Origin: Eledone cirrhosa
Lineage: Eukaryota
Reading direction: 5' to 3'
DNA length: 64,000 nt
Assembly: GCA_964016885.1 (NCBI GenBank)
Contig: OZ024741.1
Location: 171,492,001 to 171,556,000 of the forward strand
Position numbers and translations under genes: made by a program. Below, piece after piece: positions 1 through 14,213 of this stretch (positions are counted from its first letter, which is position 1; every line of letters begins with the position of its first letter). The notes under the pieces were generated by a model. It made no database searches and was not told the DNA's origin. It worked only from the letters and a program-made list of their open reading frames with translations.

Positions 1-105
1 TAAAAATCTCATAGATTCGATATTATGTGCGATAATTATTTTAAATGAAGCCTTTACCACAAAAATACAATAGTATATAGAGAGCAATAAATACTAAAGG
101 GTTAA
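1..105. mobile_element. piggyBac-type MITE, right end (runs off window)
   Basis: Ends TAAATACTAAAGGG-TTAA; same sequence as 6200-6428 and 35882-36118. Confidence 0.65.
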
Positions 106-157
106 ACACCCATACCCATGTACCAAATTGTGTAGTCTATGTTAAAAATCATCATTA

Positions 158-560
158 TTGGCGGTATTGTTAGCATGTCAGACAACATGCTTTACAGCAT
201 AGAGTTATAGCCCTTTGCGTTCTGAGTTCAAATCTCACCAAGGTTAACTTTGCCTTTCATCCTTACAGGGTTGATAAAATAAAGCACCAGTAATGCACTG
301 GGGTAATTTCTGGCCTTGTGCCAAAAGTAGAAACAATTACTGGCAGTATCATTAGAGCATCAGACACAATGCTTTTTTGGCATAAAGTTGCGTCCCTTTA
401 TGTTCTGAGTTCAAATCCTGCCGAGGTTAGCGTTGCGTTTTATCTTCACGGGGTCAATAAAATAAAGTACCAATTACGCACTGGGGTCAATTTAATCAAC
501 TTTCCCCTCTACCAAAATTGCTGGACTTGCACCCATATCAGAAACAATTATTATTATTAT
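158..560 (+). mobile_element. Two tandem SINE-A copies (~180-bp family with (ATT)n tail)
   Basis: Core GTTCTGAGTTCAAATC..AGGTTA.C.TTGC.TTT.ATC.T..C.GGGT..ATAAAATAAAG.ACCA, repeated about 20 times in the window; B-box-like GAGTTCAAATC. Confidence 0.85.
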
Positions 561-1257
561 TATTGCCTATTTTTTCATATTATTTTGATTAATTTGCATA
601 ATGCCACCCACCTCTCACCCCACTATTTTTGTCCTTGCTATATCCCCTTGAAATTGTGACAAATTTAGAACTGATTATTACTAAGATAATGATAATAATC
701 ATCATTATCATCATCATATTAATGATCGTATATATTATTAGTATCATGATCCTCATCAAATTATCACAACAACCATCCAGCCCCACTAAGAGATCGACCT
801 CATCACTGTTCTCAGCCCATTCCACCTCCAACACCACCATCAATCAATATACACATTTATTCCCCTGTCTATGTCAGTAATAACATGATATTGATAGTTC
901 ATTGTACATTACACTAATTTACATGTATTATTGATCTATAGATATATTGATTTTTCTGATTTTTCTTCGTCTTCTAGGATTTGTTTTTAAACTTTGCCAT
1001 TTGTTTTCCTTTAAACAATGTTTTTTTTTTAATCTTTTGGTTCATTCTACTTCTCACCCCTCTTCACTTCAATACAAATCTCAAACCTTGCCTAAAAAGA
1101 AAATGTTTAAAATCTTCCTCAAGATGAAGGCTCATCAAACTAGAGCTTATTCCAGTCACATTGGTTTAGTAACTGAAAATACAAAACATGATTCCAGTCT
1201 ATCACAGGCTTAACCTCTAGCTGATGTTGCTGGTACTGATATTCAGTTGACTGGAGC

Positions 1258-1275
1258 ATCATCATCATCATCATC

Positions 1276-1308
<33 letters not shown>

Positions 1309-1580
1309 GTTTAATGTCCATTTTCCATGCTAGCATGGGTAGGACGGGCTGTCCCTTTGTGAGATATCAGGTCAGAGGACTGTGGTTCAAACACACGGAA
1401 CTGATTTTGGCTGGATGCCCTTCATAATACCAACCACATTTACAGTGTGGGCTGGGCACTTTTTGTTGTGACACCTACATGATCATTTTACAGCGTGGAA
1501 TGGGCACTTTTTGTTGTTGTGTCGTCAACACAATCACTTTGCAGTGTGGACTAGGAGCATTTTGTTGTGACCCCTACCTG
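1258..1580 (-). mobile_element. RTE LINE 3' end / RTE-tailed SINE remnant
   Basis: (CAT)n followed by CGTTTAATGTCCATTTTCCATGCTAGCATGGG, the reverse complement of the 3' end of the RTE at 53735-55435. Confidence 0.75.
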
Positions 1581-1964
1581 ACTATGTGAATTGAAATGAA
1601 ATATTTTGCTCAAGAACACAATGTGCCATCTGGTCTAGGAATCAGACCCATGACATTACAATAATAAGCCCAACATCCTAACCCAACATCCACACATCTT
1701 ACTTAATACTACTATAGCCATTTTTCTATAAAATAACAATATACAACTTCAATATTTTCTTTAAAATTATGCTGGTTGGTTGAGACCAGGAATGTTTCAG
1801 CATAGACCTAAGGGATCTTCTTATTGAAGACATTTTTTGGCAGAATATCAACTTTTTGGTATGAGCCAATAAGTGCAAAATATGGAAACATAAATTCTCA
1901 TGTTATCCCCCCACCACAGATTACTTCCTCTACAACAAACTCTTATAATTGCCATGGTAAAGGA

Positions 1965-2170
1965 TGGTGGATTGGCAGTATCGGTAGAGTGTCAGACAAT
2001 ATGCTTTGCAGCATAGAGTTAGAGCCCTTTACATTCTGTGTTCAAATCCTGCCAAAGTTATCTTTGCTTTTCATTGATAAGATAAAGCACCAGTAATGCA
2101 ACTTTAATTGACTTTCCCCTCTCCCATCTCCCAAAATTGCTGGCCTTATGCCTATAGTAGAAATCATTAT
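1965..2170 (+). mobile_element. SINE-A
   Basis: Matches family consensus. Confidence 0.85.
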
Positions 2171-2211
2171 AAATGACATCAATGCCGCCAAATCCACCCC
2201 TGTCACCACCA

Positions 2212-2244
2212 CGACCAACAACAACAACAACAACAACAACAACA

Positions 2245-2293
<49 letters not shown>
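2212..2293. repeat. Compound (CAA)n(CTA)n microsatellite
   Basis: Direct reading. Confidence 0.95.
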
Positions 2294-2294
<1 letters not shown>

Positions 2295-2899
2295 AGCAAG
2301 TCATTGACAAAACCTAAGAACCTTCTCTACAACATTTTATCTCAATTGTCAACCATTTGAGTAAGGGTACCACATAGATTGTATCATAGGACCAATACTA
2401 AAGAGGTTAATTTGCCCCTACCTGTCCTAATGATTCCTCTCCATTGAAGAGCCAATGAGTGAAATTTGGAAGTGAGTGTTGCCCTTGATGTTAAATGGGG
2501 AGATATTATAAATACTAGCAGAAAAACCAACCTTCAGCTGGTTTTCTGCTAGCATGTGCAGTGTCTGTATTGATATCATATGCAGGTATATATACATGTA
2601 GATATGATACATCAAATAAAATCGTAATTGACAATATATAATACATAGAAATTAAACGAAGACTGTGTTTAAATGTCTTATTAATCAGTAACGTAATCCA
2701 TGATACATTAAAAGAGACGATATTATATATAAACGGCATTAGGAGAAAATTAGTATGTTTATTTAAGCGATGGCCAACCGGAAGTGTTGACATTTCAGAA
2801 ATTTTAAAGAAGTGAATATTTAAATAAACAAAATATATTTAATCAACAGCCACGAAATTTAGTAGATAAATTATGTAATATTCATTCATTATTTATTCA

Positions 2900-3080
2900 T
2901 TTGGCAGTATCGGTAGAGGGTTGGACGCCATGCTTTCTAACATAGTTATGTCCCTTTACGATCTGAGTTCAAATCCCGCCGATGTTAACTTTGCTTTTCA
3001 TCCTTATTGGGTCGATAAAATAAAGTACCAGTAATACACTGGATAATTGCTGGCCTTGTTCCAAAAGTAGAAACAATTAT
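2900..3080 (+). mobile_element. SINE-A
   Basis: Matches family consensus, CpGs retained. Confidence 0.85.
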
Positions 3081-3409
3081 TTATTCAAAGTAATCCAACT
3101 TATTTCACTAAGGGTTATAAAAAAATTATAAACCTTACTCAGTCCCGCGCTCCTTACTTTATTATAGTTTAGATTGGTGTGAAACTGGGAATGGTGATAT
3201 AATGGTAGAAGAGATAGAGGTACAAAGATAGCTATAAGATGGTTATTGGTAGCAGGGAGGCTGTGCAATGGATGTGTGTAGGTTAGGAATACTCACACAC
3301 ACAGATGACACATACAACTATATTTCATATTTTCTCAATGTTTTTGTAAGTCTACCAGATGTTTTATATATGTTTGTGCATATATCTGGATGTGCGTGTC
3401 TTTATTTCT

Positions 3410-3648
3410 ACATATATATATATATATGTATATGTAGATATATATGTATGTAAATATATGTATATATGTATATTTATGTATATATGTATGTATACATATA
3501 TGTATATATGTATATATATGTATATATATATGTATGAATATATATTTCGTTTCTGAATTTGGCAACATGACCCTCCCAAAGCATAACAATATGTATATAT
3601 ATATATGTGTATGTATATATATATATATGTATGTACATATATATGTAT

Positions 3649-3686
<38 letters not shown>

Positions 3687-3711
3687 ATATCTATATATGT
3701 ATATATATATG

Positions 3712-3761
<50 letters not shown>

Positions 3762-3797
3762 CATATATATGCATGTATACATATATGTATGTATGTG

Positions 3798-3828
<31 letters not shown>

Positions 3829-3945
3829 GTATGTATACATATATGTATATATATATATATGTATGTATACATATATGTATGTGTGTATATATATATGTAT
3901 ATAAATATGTATATATATGTATATATATATGTGTGTGTGTGTATG
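3410..3945. repeat. (TA)n/(TATG)n microsatellite field containing a 50-bp element remnant at 3545-3592
   Basis: Direct reading; source of the YIYI ORFs. Confidence 0.95.
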
Positions 3946-4717
3946 TACGTTTGAGTATTTTTACACATTGATGGAAGTATTCACAATTACACCTGCACAC
4001 TATACCTTTATCCCCACCCTCTCTTTGTGAATTTAGCTAAATTATTGAAGGGAATAGAGAAATAAAGAAAGAGACAGAGATATGTATATATAGAGAGAGA
4101 GAGAGAGTAATGGAGAAATAGAAAGATAGAAAACACTCAATTTTATGCGATACTTTAGATTTATTTTTAAGAAATCACTTCAGTTGTTTAATTATTTCAT
4201 TTCTACTTTCACACACAGCACACATGCCTATAGATACAAATACACATGCATAAATACATATACACAAAATCATAAAAATAACATGCATACATTTACATAA
4301 CAATATAAGGACAAATACAGTTTTTACATCATGCACTTGATCTAATTTTCAATTTTTTAAAATATGGTGGTGATGCTTTATGACTGTTCTTCAATGGCAG
4401 AACACTGTAAAAGAATTTAAAATTATTGAAATCCCTGGTTCACAAAGAAATTCAACAGAAATATGCTTGATAACAACAACAGTATTAGCAATAACATCAG
4501 CAACAGTATTAACAAAATTATTACCAACAATGAAGTCTGTATATTGCTGCTCAGTCTGCTAGAAATAGTAACCAAATTTTCCTGAAATCACATCGTACTA
4601 CTTCAAAAAAGGAAGGATATATTGGATAATTCAATCACAGATATATATAAACTAGGCAATAATCATAACAACAATTACAACAGTCCGAATCTAGAACCAA
4701 AGAGGACAAACTCTAAG

Positions 4718-5100
4718 TTCTTCCTCTTCTTTGCCCACTTATTCCTGAGAGGGTCATAGGGGAAGAGTCCTCAAATGCTCCTTCCAGCGATTCCTGTCAG
4801 AAGCAACCATCTCCAACTGATCTGGCTGGATCCCCCAGCTCATGGATGTTATCCAACCATCTTGCTTTGGGTCTACCCCTGGGTCTCCTGCCAGTTGGTT
4901 TTGCCCATAAAATCTGTCCAGCGATTCTTTCCTAAGACATTCTAACAACGTGCCCATAGTATCGGAGCTGCCTACTGTAAATTTGGAAGAGTAGTGGCTC
5001 CTCCTGGAGTGACTATCTGATCTCTGAGCTACACACTTTATTGAGTAATGTTATTCCAAAGTCCCTTCAGAGGAATCCCATTTCGGCTGCTTGTATTCAA
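4718..5100 (-). mobile_element. RTE-clade LINE 3' fragment, family with (GAA)n tail
   Basis: Degraded C-terminus (..MVASDRNRWKEHLRTLP); homologous pieces at 23450-23690, 30330-30900 and 51226-51420. Confidence 0.65.
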
Positions 5101-6199
5101 AATAACAGCAAATCCCCCCAAAATCCCATCCAGCCATCTCTATTAAAGAACATTTTGTATACTGATTCTATGATGCATTTTGCCTTGAATTAAGTTGAAA
5201 TAGCCATGGCTGTAATACCTTCCATCATGATTCTGCCTGATTAGAGTTGAGCTGGAGCTAAACAACAGGAAAAATAGTAAAAATGCGTGCAGTAACAAGT
5301 ATAATCCATGCATATATGCATATTAGTATGGAGGTGTATATAAGCATGTATGCACAAGATATTCAAATACAAGCACTGTATAAACATCAACAAGAACAAC
5401 AGTAAAAGCAGTATATGTTGGCTTGCATGGGTGTGTAAATAACTGCCAATGTATGCATGTGTGAGATGCAGAATGTGCAATTGTTTGTACAGCATACCTG
5501 AATGCAAATGTTACATTTTTATCAGTAAACATAAGAAGAAGTGCAATAACAACAATAATAAAAAGGGAGTTTCTTTATGGTAGTAATAGTCAATTCTCTC
5601 TTAAATCATACCATAATGTCTTAATAAACAAACTACACTTTGGGTAATGTAGGTTTATATTTACAAAATCCAAAATAAAAGGATGATCATGGCAGAAATA
5701 CCTTTGATCAATGGTCTGCTCATTCTGAGATGATCTTATGCTTAGCAAAAACAATACTTATAACTATAATAACAAACACAAAATCAAAATATGGTTACAG
5801 CAGTCTGTAAATTTTCCATTAGAATATGGTTTGACAAATTTAACAAAAGAAATTTGTGTCAAGTATGCACTACAAGTTCCATATACAAAGCTTTTTTCCC
5901 AGAACAATTAGAAAAAACTCTTTCCACATTGTTTCTCTTTAGTATATCACCATGACTTCATTAAATTAAATTTAACAATTGCCTGGTCTAATGTTGGTCG
6001 ATTCCTTCATTTTGATATTTTTACCAATTACTTTATTGCAATCTCATTTTCTTTCATTTCATTAACTTTTTTATTGTCATCTCATTTACCTTATTTCATT
6101 GCCACCAGTTTATTTATAATCATTTCTTTTATTGCTATTGCATCATATTTCATTTAGATATTTTACCAGCTCTTGTATTGTAATCTTTTATTTACTATC

Positions 6200-6428
6200 T
6201 TAACTCTTTAGCATTTAAACCAGCCATATCCAGCCAGAACTCTTTCACCACTTTCTATTCAAACCGGCTGTAACTGGCCACTAATACTTATGTTAAGGTA
6301 TTGTTCTCAAAATAAATAAAATCAAAATCTCATAGATTCGGTATTATGCGAGATAATTATGTGAGGTAAAGCCTTTACTGTGAAAATACAATGGTATACA
6401 TAGAGTAACGTAAATGCTAAAGGGTTGA
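6200..6428. mobile_element. piggyBac-type MITE (~230 bp)
   Basis: TTAA-CTCTTTAGCATTTA ... TAAATGCTAAAGGG-TTGA terminal inverted repeats with TTAA-like TSD; three copies in window. Confidence 0.7.
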
Positions 6429-6666
6429 ACATGTATGTGTAGATAGAGTTTTTTCTGGTATTAACATCACTCTGTCCTTTTCTCTATATATTTTTCTATA
6501 AGTTGTCTATGGACACTGGGGCAGATTTGAGTAAAGAAAAAAGGATTTGGTCAAGAACATGTTAAAGGATGCTGATAAATTGAAAGGGAAGGAGACATCA
6601 AAACCTTTATATATAAACATTTACATGTGTGTGTGTGTCTATGTATTAATGTGTTTGCATTTGTCT

Positions 6667-7146
6667 ATGTAAATGACCACATGTGTATGTAAATGGCCAC
6701 ATATGTATGTAAATGGTCACATATGTATGTAAATGACCACATGTGTATGTAAATGGTCACATATGTATGTAAATGACCACATGTGTATGTAAATGACCAC
6801 ATGTGTATGTAAATGGTCACATATGTATGTAAATGACCACATGTGTATGTAAATGGTCACATATGTATGTAAATGACCACATGTGTATGTAAATGACCAC
6901 ATGTGTATGTAAATGGTCACATATGTATGTAAATGACCACATGTGTATGTAAATGGTCACATATGTATGTAAATGACCACATGTGTATGTAAATGACCAC
7001 ATATGTATGTAAATGACCACATGTGTATGTAAATGGTCACATATGTATGTAAATGGTCACATATGTATGTAAATGACCACATGTGTATGTAAATGGCTAT
7101 ATATGTATGTAAATGGCCACATGTGTATGTAAATCGCCACATGTGT
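6667..7146. repeat. 20-bp minisatellite, ~24 units, with 100-bp higher-order repeat
   Basis: Units ATGTAAATGACCACATGTGT and ATGTAAATGGTCACATATGT. Confidence 0.95.
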
Positions 7147-7646
7147 GCCTCTGTATATTTGTATCTGTGTGTGCATTTCTTTGAACATGTGAATTTGTAG
7201 ACACATATATATGGGTGTGTGTGTGTGCAATCGTGTTTGTGTATATACAATTTTGTAAATGTGATTGTTTGCGTATGTATAACAGCTCTTGTGTGAGTGA
7301 ACATGTATGTTTGAATATATGTAAATATGTGTGTGTGTGTATGCATGCATGAGTGTTTGTGTATATGTGTGTAAGCATATCTATTTGACTATGTATGTGT
7401 CTACATGTTTTTACATATGTGATTATGTTTGAGTCAGGGGACATGTGTAAGCAATTACATGTGTGAGTGTATTTGTGTGTGCATCAGTATGTGTGTGTAG
7501 TCATGTGTAGAAAAATCAATAATTTAGAAATGTAATGGTTCGTTAACTCTGCATAAGTGTCCAGCTTTGTTCAAGGGCTGTTAACTCCTACAATGCAAGT
7601 ATCTCACTTTACTTTCAAGTGGAGTATATCAAAGAATTAACATAGC

Positions 7647-7647
<1 letters not shown>

Positions 7648-7692
<45 letters not shown>

Positions 7693-7905
7693 GTAATAAT
7701 ACTTTCTTTATTAACCACAAGGGATTACATAAAGTAGACATTAAAGACAGTACAGGACAATACAGGACAGTACAAATGGGCATTTCTGCATGTAAAAAAA
7801 AACAAAAACAGATGTAATAAAAGAACAATGAAAAATTCCCCAATAGAGGGGAGACTTCCGAGGACCATCGTGGAGAAAGCCCATTAAAAAGCCACGGTGA
7901 CCGTG

Positions 7906-7943
<38 letters not shown>

Positions 7944-8200
7944 TTCTTTTATTGGCCACAAGGGCCCAGGATATTGGGGCCAATACAAGGACAAAGGCAT
8001 CACAACACAAAATGGGGTTTACATCAAATAAAGGAAAGTGGAAACATTAGGAAAAAGAATATTAGAAATTGTAATAAATATGCATAAAATAGAATAAGAA
8101 AGATAGCATAAATCAATAACAAATGTTAGCAAGAAGAAATTCCCAATAGCGGAGGACTGCACTTTAAGAAACCCCAGTAAGAAACCACACACAGAGCCCT
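7648..8200 (-). mobile_element. Two tandem 3' ends of a non-LTR element with (TTA)n tails
   Basis: (AAT)n-TTTCTTTATT..CCACAAGGG occurs twice (~7700 and ~7940); AATAAA on the minus strand just before each tail. Confidence 0.5.
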
Positions 8201-8665
8201 GGATTGCTCCGTTATTTCATTGGCATTAAAGGTGCTCTCTCCCATTTTTCTTGCTCCTACTTAGAAAAGCATCATCAGAGTAAGTCTGTTCAGTCACATC
8301 AATTTCACCTATCTTTCATGTTCCTGTCCACACACCCTACAGCTTCCTTTACCATAACTACCAGACAGAGAAAGAATTACCACACCTTTCTTTTAATTGA
8401 TGGTCACAGTTCAATCTTTAATATGGATCCAGATCTACCCTACATGTGATAGCAATTGTTCAACACAAGTTCACAATGCTGCAATGCATGGACATTTGGT
8501 AATAGCATGCAGGCTGGTTTCATCACCCTGTGAGTATCTAAAACAGATCTGGTGATTGGCACTTCTGTGGCACTAGAACTTGTCTCAAAATGAAAATCCC
8601 CTCTGTAGCACTGACATAAAAAAGCTGATGATGATTATATATGTATATATATATATATATATATA

Positions 8666-9152
8666 GCGGTTACGTTGGTATGGTCATGTGATGCGTATGA
8701 AGGATGACAGCTGCATAAAGAGGTGCAGAGCACTAGAAGTCGATGGAAACCGCGGAGTGGGGAGACCCAGGAAGACCTGGTATGAGGTGATAAAAGCCGA
8801 CCTTAACCAATTACACCTCTCAAAGGCGATGACACATGACCATGACTTCTGGCGTCACACAGTAATACAGAAGACCCGACCCCCCCACAGGTACAAGCCA
8901 AAGCTGAAGCATATAGACAATATGCCCCCACATCCTCCCACTGCAAAGTGGTCGTGGAGGTGCCACGGAAAAAAGCACCCAGCACTCACTGTAAATGAAG
9001 TTGGTGTTAGGAAGGGCATCCAGCTGTAGAAATCAAGCCAAAATCACTTCCCGTATGAGCAAGGCATGGTCAGCCAACCGGACACTGCCCACAACAGGAC
9101 AACCTGTCTAACCCATGCTAGCGTGGAAGAACGGACCTAAAACGGTGATGAT
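8666..9152 (+). mobile_element. RTE LINE 3' fragment
   Basis: RLRWYGHVMRMKDDSCIKRCRALEVDGNRGVGRPRKTW; 3' end as in 53735-55435. Confidence 0.9.
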
Positions 9153-9171
9153 ATATATATATATACACATA

Positions 9172-9275
9172 TACAGGCTATCCCACCAAAATATATACAC
9201 ACTTTGATTACCTGTACAGGCAATATTTATTAGTATGCTGTTGATGTATGTATACATTTTTTTAGACACCCTATA
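9172..9275. mobile_element. Tc1/mariner-type MITE (~100 bp)
   Basis: TA-flanked degenerate CAGGGTGTC..ATGTATACACACT TIRs; second copy at 30022-30126. Confidence 0.65.
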
Positions 9276-9279
9276 TAAT

Positions 9280-9900
9280 CATCATCAGCATAATTTTTTT
9301 ATGTCTACTTTTTTATGCCTGCATGGGTTAGATAGGTCCTTTTGAGCACCACGTGTTTCCACACATTTCATTCCTTCATCATCTCTTCTATGAGTTTCAC
9401 CAATTTGAGATCAGCTGTCACCACTTACACCCATGTATTTCTTGGTTTCCTCTATTACAGCTTCCTTCTGCTAGAATTTCTTGGAACTTCTTCACCCAGT
9501 GATTATCATACATGTGCATCACATGTCCATACTAATGCAGTCTTCTTTCTCGCACACATTTTGATTTTAAATTGTTTCCACAGCCAGAACTTATTCTCTA
9601 GTTCTTCTATAGATTCAGCTATAAGAAACAGATCATTAGCATACAGAATTTTCCTGTTATGACTTGGAGAACTAAAATGAACAGAAATGAACTGAAGACT
9701 GAACACTGATGAACTAATACCAATACTTTGAATTTCTCACTAAACTCCTTTCCTATGCTCACTTTACTGACAGTTTCTCTGTACATAACTTTCATTACTC
9801 TAACAAGCCATTCTTCCACACTTAGTTTCCTCAAGGACTGGCAGATGACAAACTGAGGTTCTGTGTCAAAGGCTATCTCTAGATCAATCAAAGCTAATCA
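9280..9900 (-). mobile_element. Degraded RTE LINE (RT region)
   Basis: DLEIAFD..EEWLVRVMKVMYRETVSKV..LYANDLFLIAESIEELE, homologous to the 53735 RT. Confidence 0.85.
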
Positions 9901-11394
9901 TAGCTACTACAAAATTCTCTTGATTTGTGCGTAGGTGTGTGTGAGTGAAGAGTGTATGTATTTGTGTTTCTACATGTCTTCACATTCACAATATTTAAAC
10001 AACTGGTTCTATTTATTTATGTACTACAGTTTAATAGTCTGACAGGTGAAAATCAGTGAAACAAAGAGCCATATTTCAAAATTAAGTAAGGATTGGCATC
10101 AGAAAGGGCATCCAGCCATTGAATACTGACTAAAATAGTTTCATCCAATCCATGCCAGTATGGATAAATGAACATAAAAAACAATGATGACGATTATCTA
10201 TATATAATAGAAAGAACAGTGACTACAGAGAGTATGGAAACTTCTCTAGATTTGGTGCCATGATAACATACACTCAGTACACAGAAACTATGCTAAAAAT
10301 GGATTGTTTGAGGAAATCAAGGACATATGACTCAGCTAAAAGAAAAGTAATTTCAAGTGATGCTGCTGCTGGTAGCAGATTGTGGTAGTGGTGATGATGA
10401 TGAGAGAAGTTATTGTTAAACATATAGTAAATTCAATCAGAATTAATCTACAGATTCATTCTCAAATATGAATCTATTAGAAGAACAAGTACTGTTGGGG
10501 TAAGGTTGGGATATTTCTATTAGCTTCTTCAATTTCTATTAGATTAAATGGATATATATTTTGTCTGTTGTTTAAACTCCATTCTATTATTTTTATTACT
10601 AATTATTGTCAGCAAATGTTTTACATAATAGTGTTTAACCCGTCTAACCATGCTAGCGTGGAAAATGGACGTCAAACGAAGATGATGATGATGATGATGA
10701 TGATGATGTTTAGTATATTTGTATGTGCTGTTTCTAATTAAGGAAACTTATTTTAGTAATCGGATGATTATATTTATAAAATAATTTACTCTGTATGCTT
10801 TGCTCTTTAAATGGTATATGATATACATTTGTGTGTGTGTGTGTGCACCTGCATGCATTAATTTTGTGCGTGTGGGTGTAATTTAATGGTTCTTCCTGGT
10901 AAAAGTCCAAATTGCATCTCATATACTTTAAATCCATAAATTTCTTAATCTTGTTCAACAGTTTGATGTCTCTGTAGATGTCTCACATTAGTGTATCACC
11001 TCTTGTAGCAGCTGAAAATGAACCTGCTACACCAGTAAAGACACATTACTTAATGGTTAGGGTATTGGACTCACAATCATATGGTCATGGGATCAATTCC
11101 TGGAGTGGGTGGTGCATTGTATTCTTCAGAAAACTGTTTTATTTCATGTTGCACATTCAGCCAAGAGTTGTGACCAGCAGATTGTATCAGTAATTGAAAA
11201 ACAAATAGATATAGTGTTTCATTGATCTGATCTGATGTTGCACAAGTCATTGGATATGTAAGATATTTTCTTATATTATCTGACTGACTGAGCAAGTAAT
11301 TAGCATATGGCCAACTCCATTAGCTGTTTTTAACAGATCAACACCTATTTCTGGAGAATCTGCTGACTTCTCAGTTCCTGTTCTCAATTGCACT

Positions 11395-11524
11395 TGAAAC
11401 CATACTGCCATCAGTTTTGATAGCTGATCTCACTGTTGAGTCCAAGAGAGAGGATGATTATAGTTTATGTTAAGAAGACTCAACAGTGAGATCAGCTATC
11501 AAAACTGATGGCAGTATGGTTTCA
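11395..11524. repeat. Perfect 48-bp inverted repeat with 34-bp loop
   Basis: 11395-11442 is the reverse complement of 11477-11524. Confidence 0.9.
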
Positions 11525-14047
11525 CCTTAAACAACTTCTCGCAATAGAAATTCCGCAGCATGGCCTCAAGCCGGATGGCTGGAACAGATAAAAGAGTAAA
11601 GGTGTGTGTGTGTGTGTGTGATTTGGTATAGAATAACTGGGAGGGAACTCAATCTTTGGGATCCATTGGGTATACAGATATTTATTACACTAACTATGCT
11701 GTAATTTAGGTACAAATATTTCATTAGTTGCCTATCTCAGATTTCCTTGAGACAGGCCCCAAATCCTCAGCCTGTATGGACACCAATTTATAATTTTATA
11801 AGTATAGGTAATGGATTGCTGCTGAAGGAAGCAGTCCATTCAGATATAAAATGATCTATCCTTACACTGTAAAGTGGTTGGTGATAAGTAGAGCATTCAG
11901 CTATGGGAGTCTTCAGCTGTGTCAAAAATACAACTTCCATAGAATTGGGACCACAATAAAATGACATCAGTAGAGCACACAACTGTTTATTGGGTCCCAT
12001 GCCCTGTTGAAATTCAATGGCTTTACTTGAGTACTGTTGCTCTGTAAATAGATCTCCAATCATTGCTAGCAGGGAAAACAGATGTCAAAGAGTGAAGATG
12101 ATGGTGACACTGGAAACCTGGACTGAATTTTTTGAGAATGGACTCTACAAATGACACCCAAGTACCAGAGCAGTAGATTATGGTTTTGAACCTAGGTGAA
12201 ATATTAAGTCTACTTCACAAATTGTAATTCAATTGATTCTGGAAAAGAGTATGAATTAAAAAAACTCTGCAAACATGCCTTGTATTTTTTGTTAAAAACA
12301 AAACATTCTTTCTACATGTATCAGCAAATATCTTCTTGAGTTGTTGTTGTTGTACCTTTGTTGTTACTTATACCACATATTGTTACTATCTTCACTATTT
12401 ATTTTGTACATTTTTTGTTTTGTTTTTATTTTAGTTTCTATTTTGACCTTTTGTGTTGGATTTTTGTTTTTCTTTTATTCATTCTTTATTTTTTATATTT
12501 ACTTTGTTTTCACTCTTAATCTCTGTAAGCCTCTTGATCAGGAGATATTGTGTGAGAACTAAATTGTCAAAATAAGTGGTAGGGCTTAAAGGGTAGATGT
12601 GTGTTCTTCTTCAAACATTTCCTTAATAAGACAATGTATAAAGCCTGTATATGGTCTCTCAACTTACAAAGAATAGCAGCCATATCTCCACTAAATAATA
12701 GAAAAAGAGGACACATTTGATAGCAACCCTTATTCATAGAGTTACTCCAACTATCAGAGCTCTTTGATGAAGTCTCTCCCTAGTTGGTTGATTTGCTAGC
12801 AGTAGGACACAAATAATTACTAAAAAAAATCCTAACATCTCAAAAAGGGAATTGGATATGTATGACACATACATTGGCTTTAACAACTTGAGCTAGCAAA
12901 TGAGTAGTGTTGTTAGAGTTTTAGAAAAATACCTTGTGGCATTTTTTCCAGTTCTCTTATGAATACATAAACAATATACCATAGCCATCACTTGCTATCA
13001 AATTTGACAGTAGTAGCCTGTACTATGTTTTAGCTGGTGGTTGTATATTAGTTCTGTGCAAACGAAAACGCCTTCTAGGTTCTCCCGACTTTGATCCACT
13101 GAAACATACAGAATGTGACACCTAGAAAGAGAGAAGGGTGCAACAGCTCTGAGATGGTTCTTTATTGATGCCCAAAATATGAATGGCAAAGGTGACATCA
13201 GCAAGATTTGAACACAGTGAGCCAGAACAAATATTGCAACACATTCTATCTGATACACTAATGACTCTGCTTTATGCAGTTATATAATATTACATATACT
13301 TGAATATATTTAGATACATAGGGATCAGAATAGATATTTTATACTGTGAGCAAAATAACTATGCCAAATTATGGGCAATAAAATCTCTGGAAACTAACTC
13401 TTCTGTATAATATATTCACTGACTTTTCTTTAGTATTGCGATGTATGAAAAAAGAATATTTAGTCAGATTTATTATAATTGCTGTATAAAATACTCGGAA
13501 AATGTTCATATATTCTAAATGAAGTGAAAAGCAAATTCGAAAGTGACCTTTAAATTTGATTATCATAGGTAAAAAACAAGTCTACCTGCATAGTGGAAAT
13601 CACATGACCACATTATTTTTTTTTTTCCTAGTAGATGAATTTGATTTTTATAACGATAGCATACTTAAATGATTTTATATTCCATTTTACTTTTAAGTTT
13701 GTATAGTGATGCACACATTGTCATGTTGTCATGGAAAAACAAAGTATTTATTGTGTAAGCATGGATTATAAAAAAAACACCAACATTTTTTTAAATGGTC
13801 TTCAGATTTTTTCAAACATCAGGTTGGACAATGTTCTTTTAAATTAAGAGAAAAATCGATAATGTGAATCTGAATAAATTCCAATACAATATTTGAAAAA
13901 GCATTTTAAAACACATCATTCAGTGTTTAATTTGGAATGTTTTGGAACATAAATCATGGTATCTTACATAGATAATGTTTATAGTATACATTTCTGTCTA
14001 GAAAAAAAGATAAAGTGTTTCATCATTACTAACGATACATAAGTAGG

Positions 14048-14148
<101 letters not shown>

Positions 14149-14171
14149 TCATATTATATTATATATATATT

Positions 14172-14213
<42 letters not shown>

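Noticed and set aside
3335-4000. Long YI/HT/CV-rich ORFs here and throughout the track
   Set aside because: Translations of (TA)n, (CA)n and (TATG)n microsatellites, which lack stop codons in several frames
4385-4425. Minus-strand acceptor followed by CSAIEEQS* as a terminal exon
   Set aside because: Only a splice-like motif; no homology or linked exon recognisable
6667-7146. CRISPR array or coding repeat (IYIHMWSFTY)
   Set aside because: Contiguous tandem units without unique spacers
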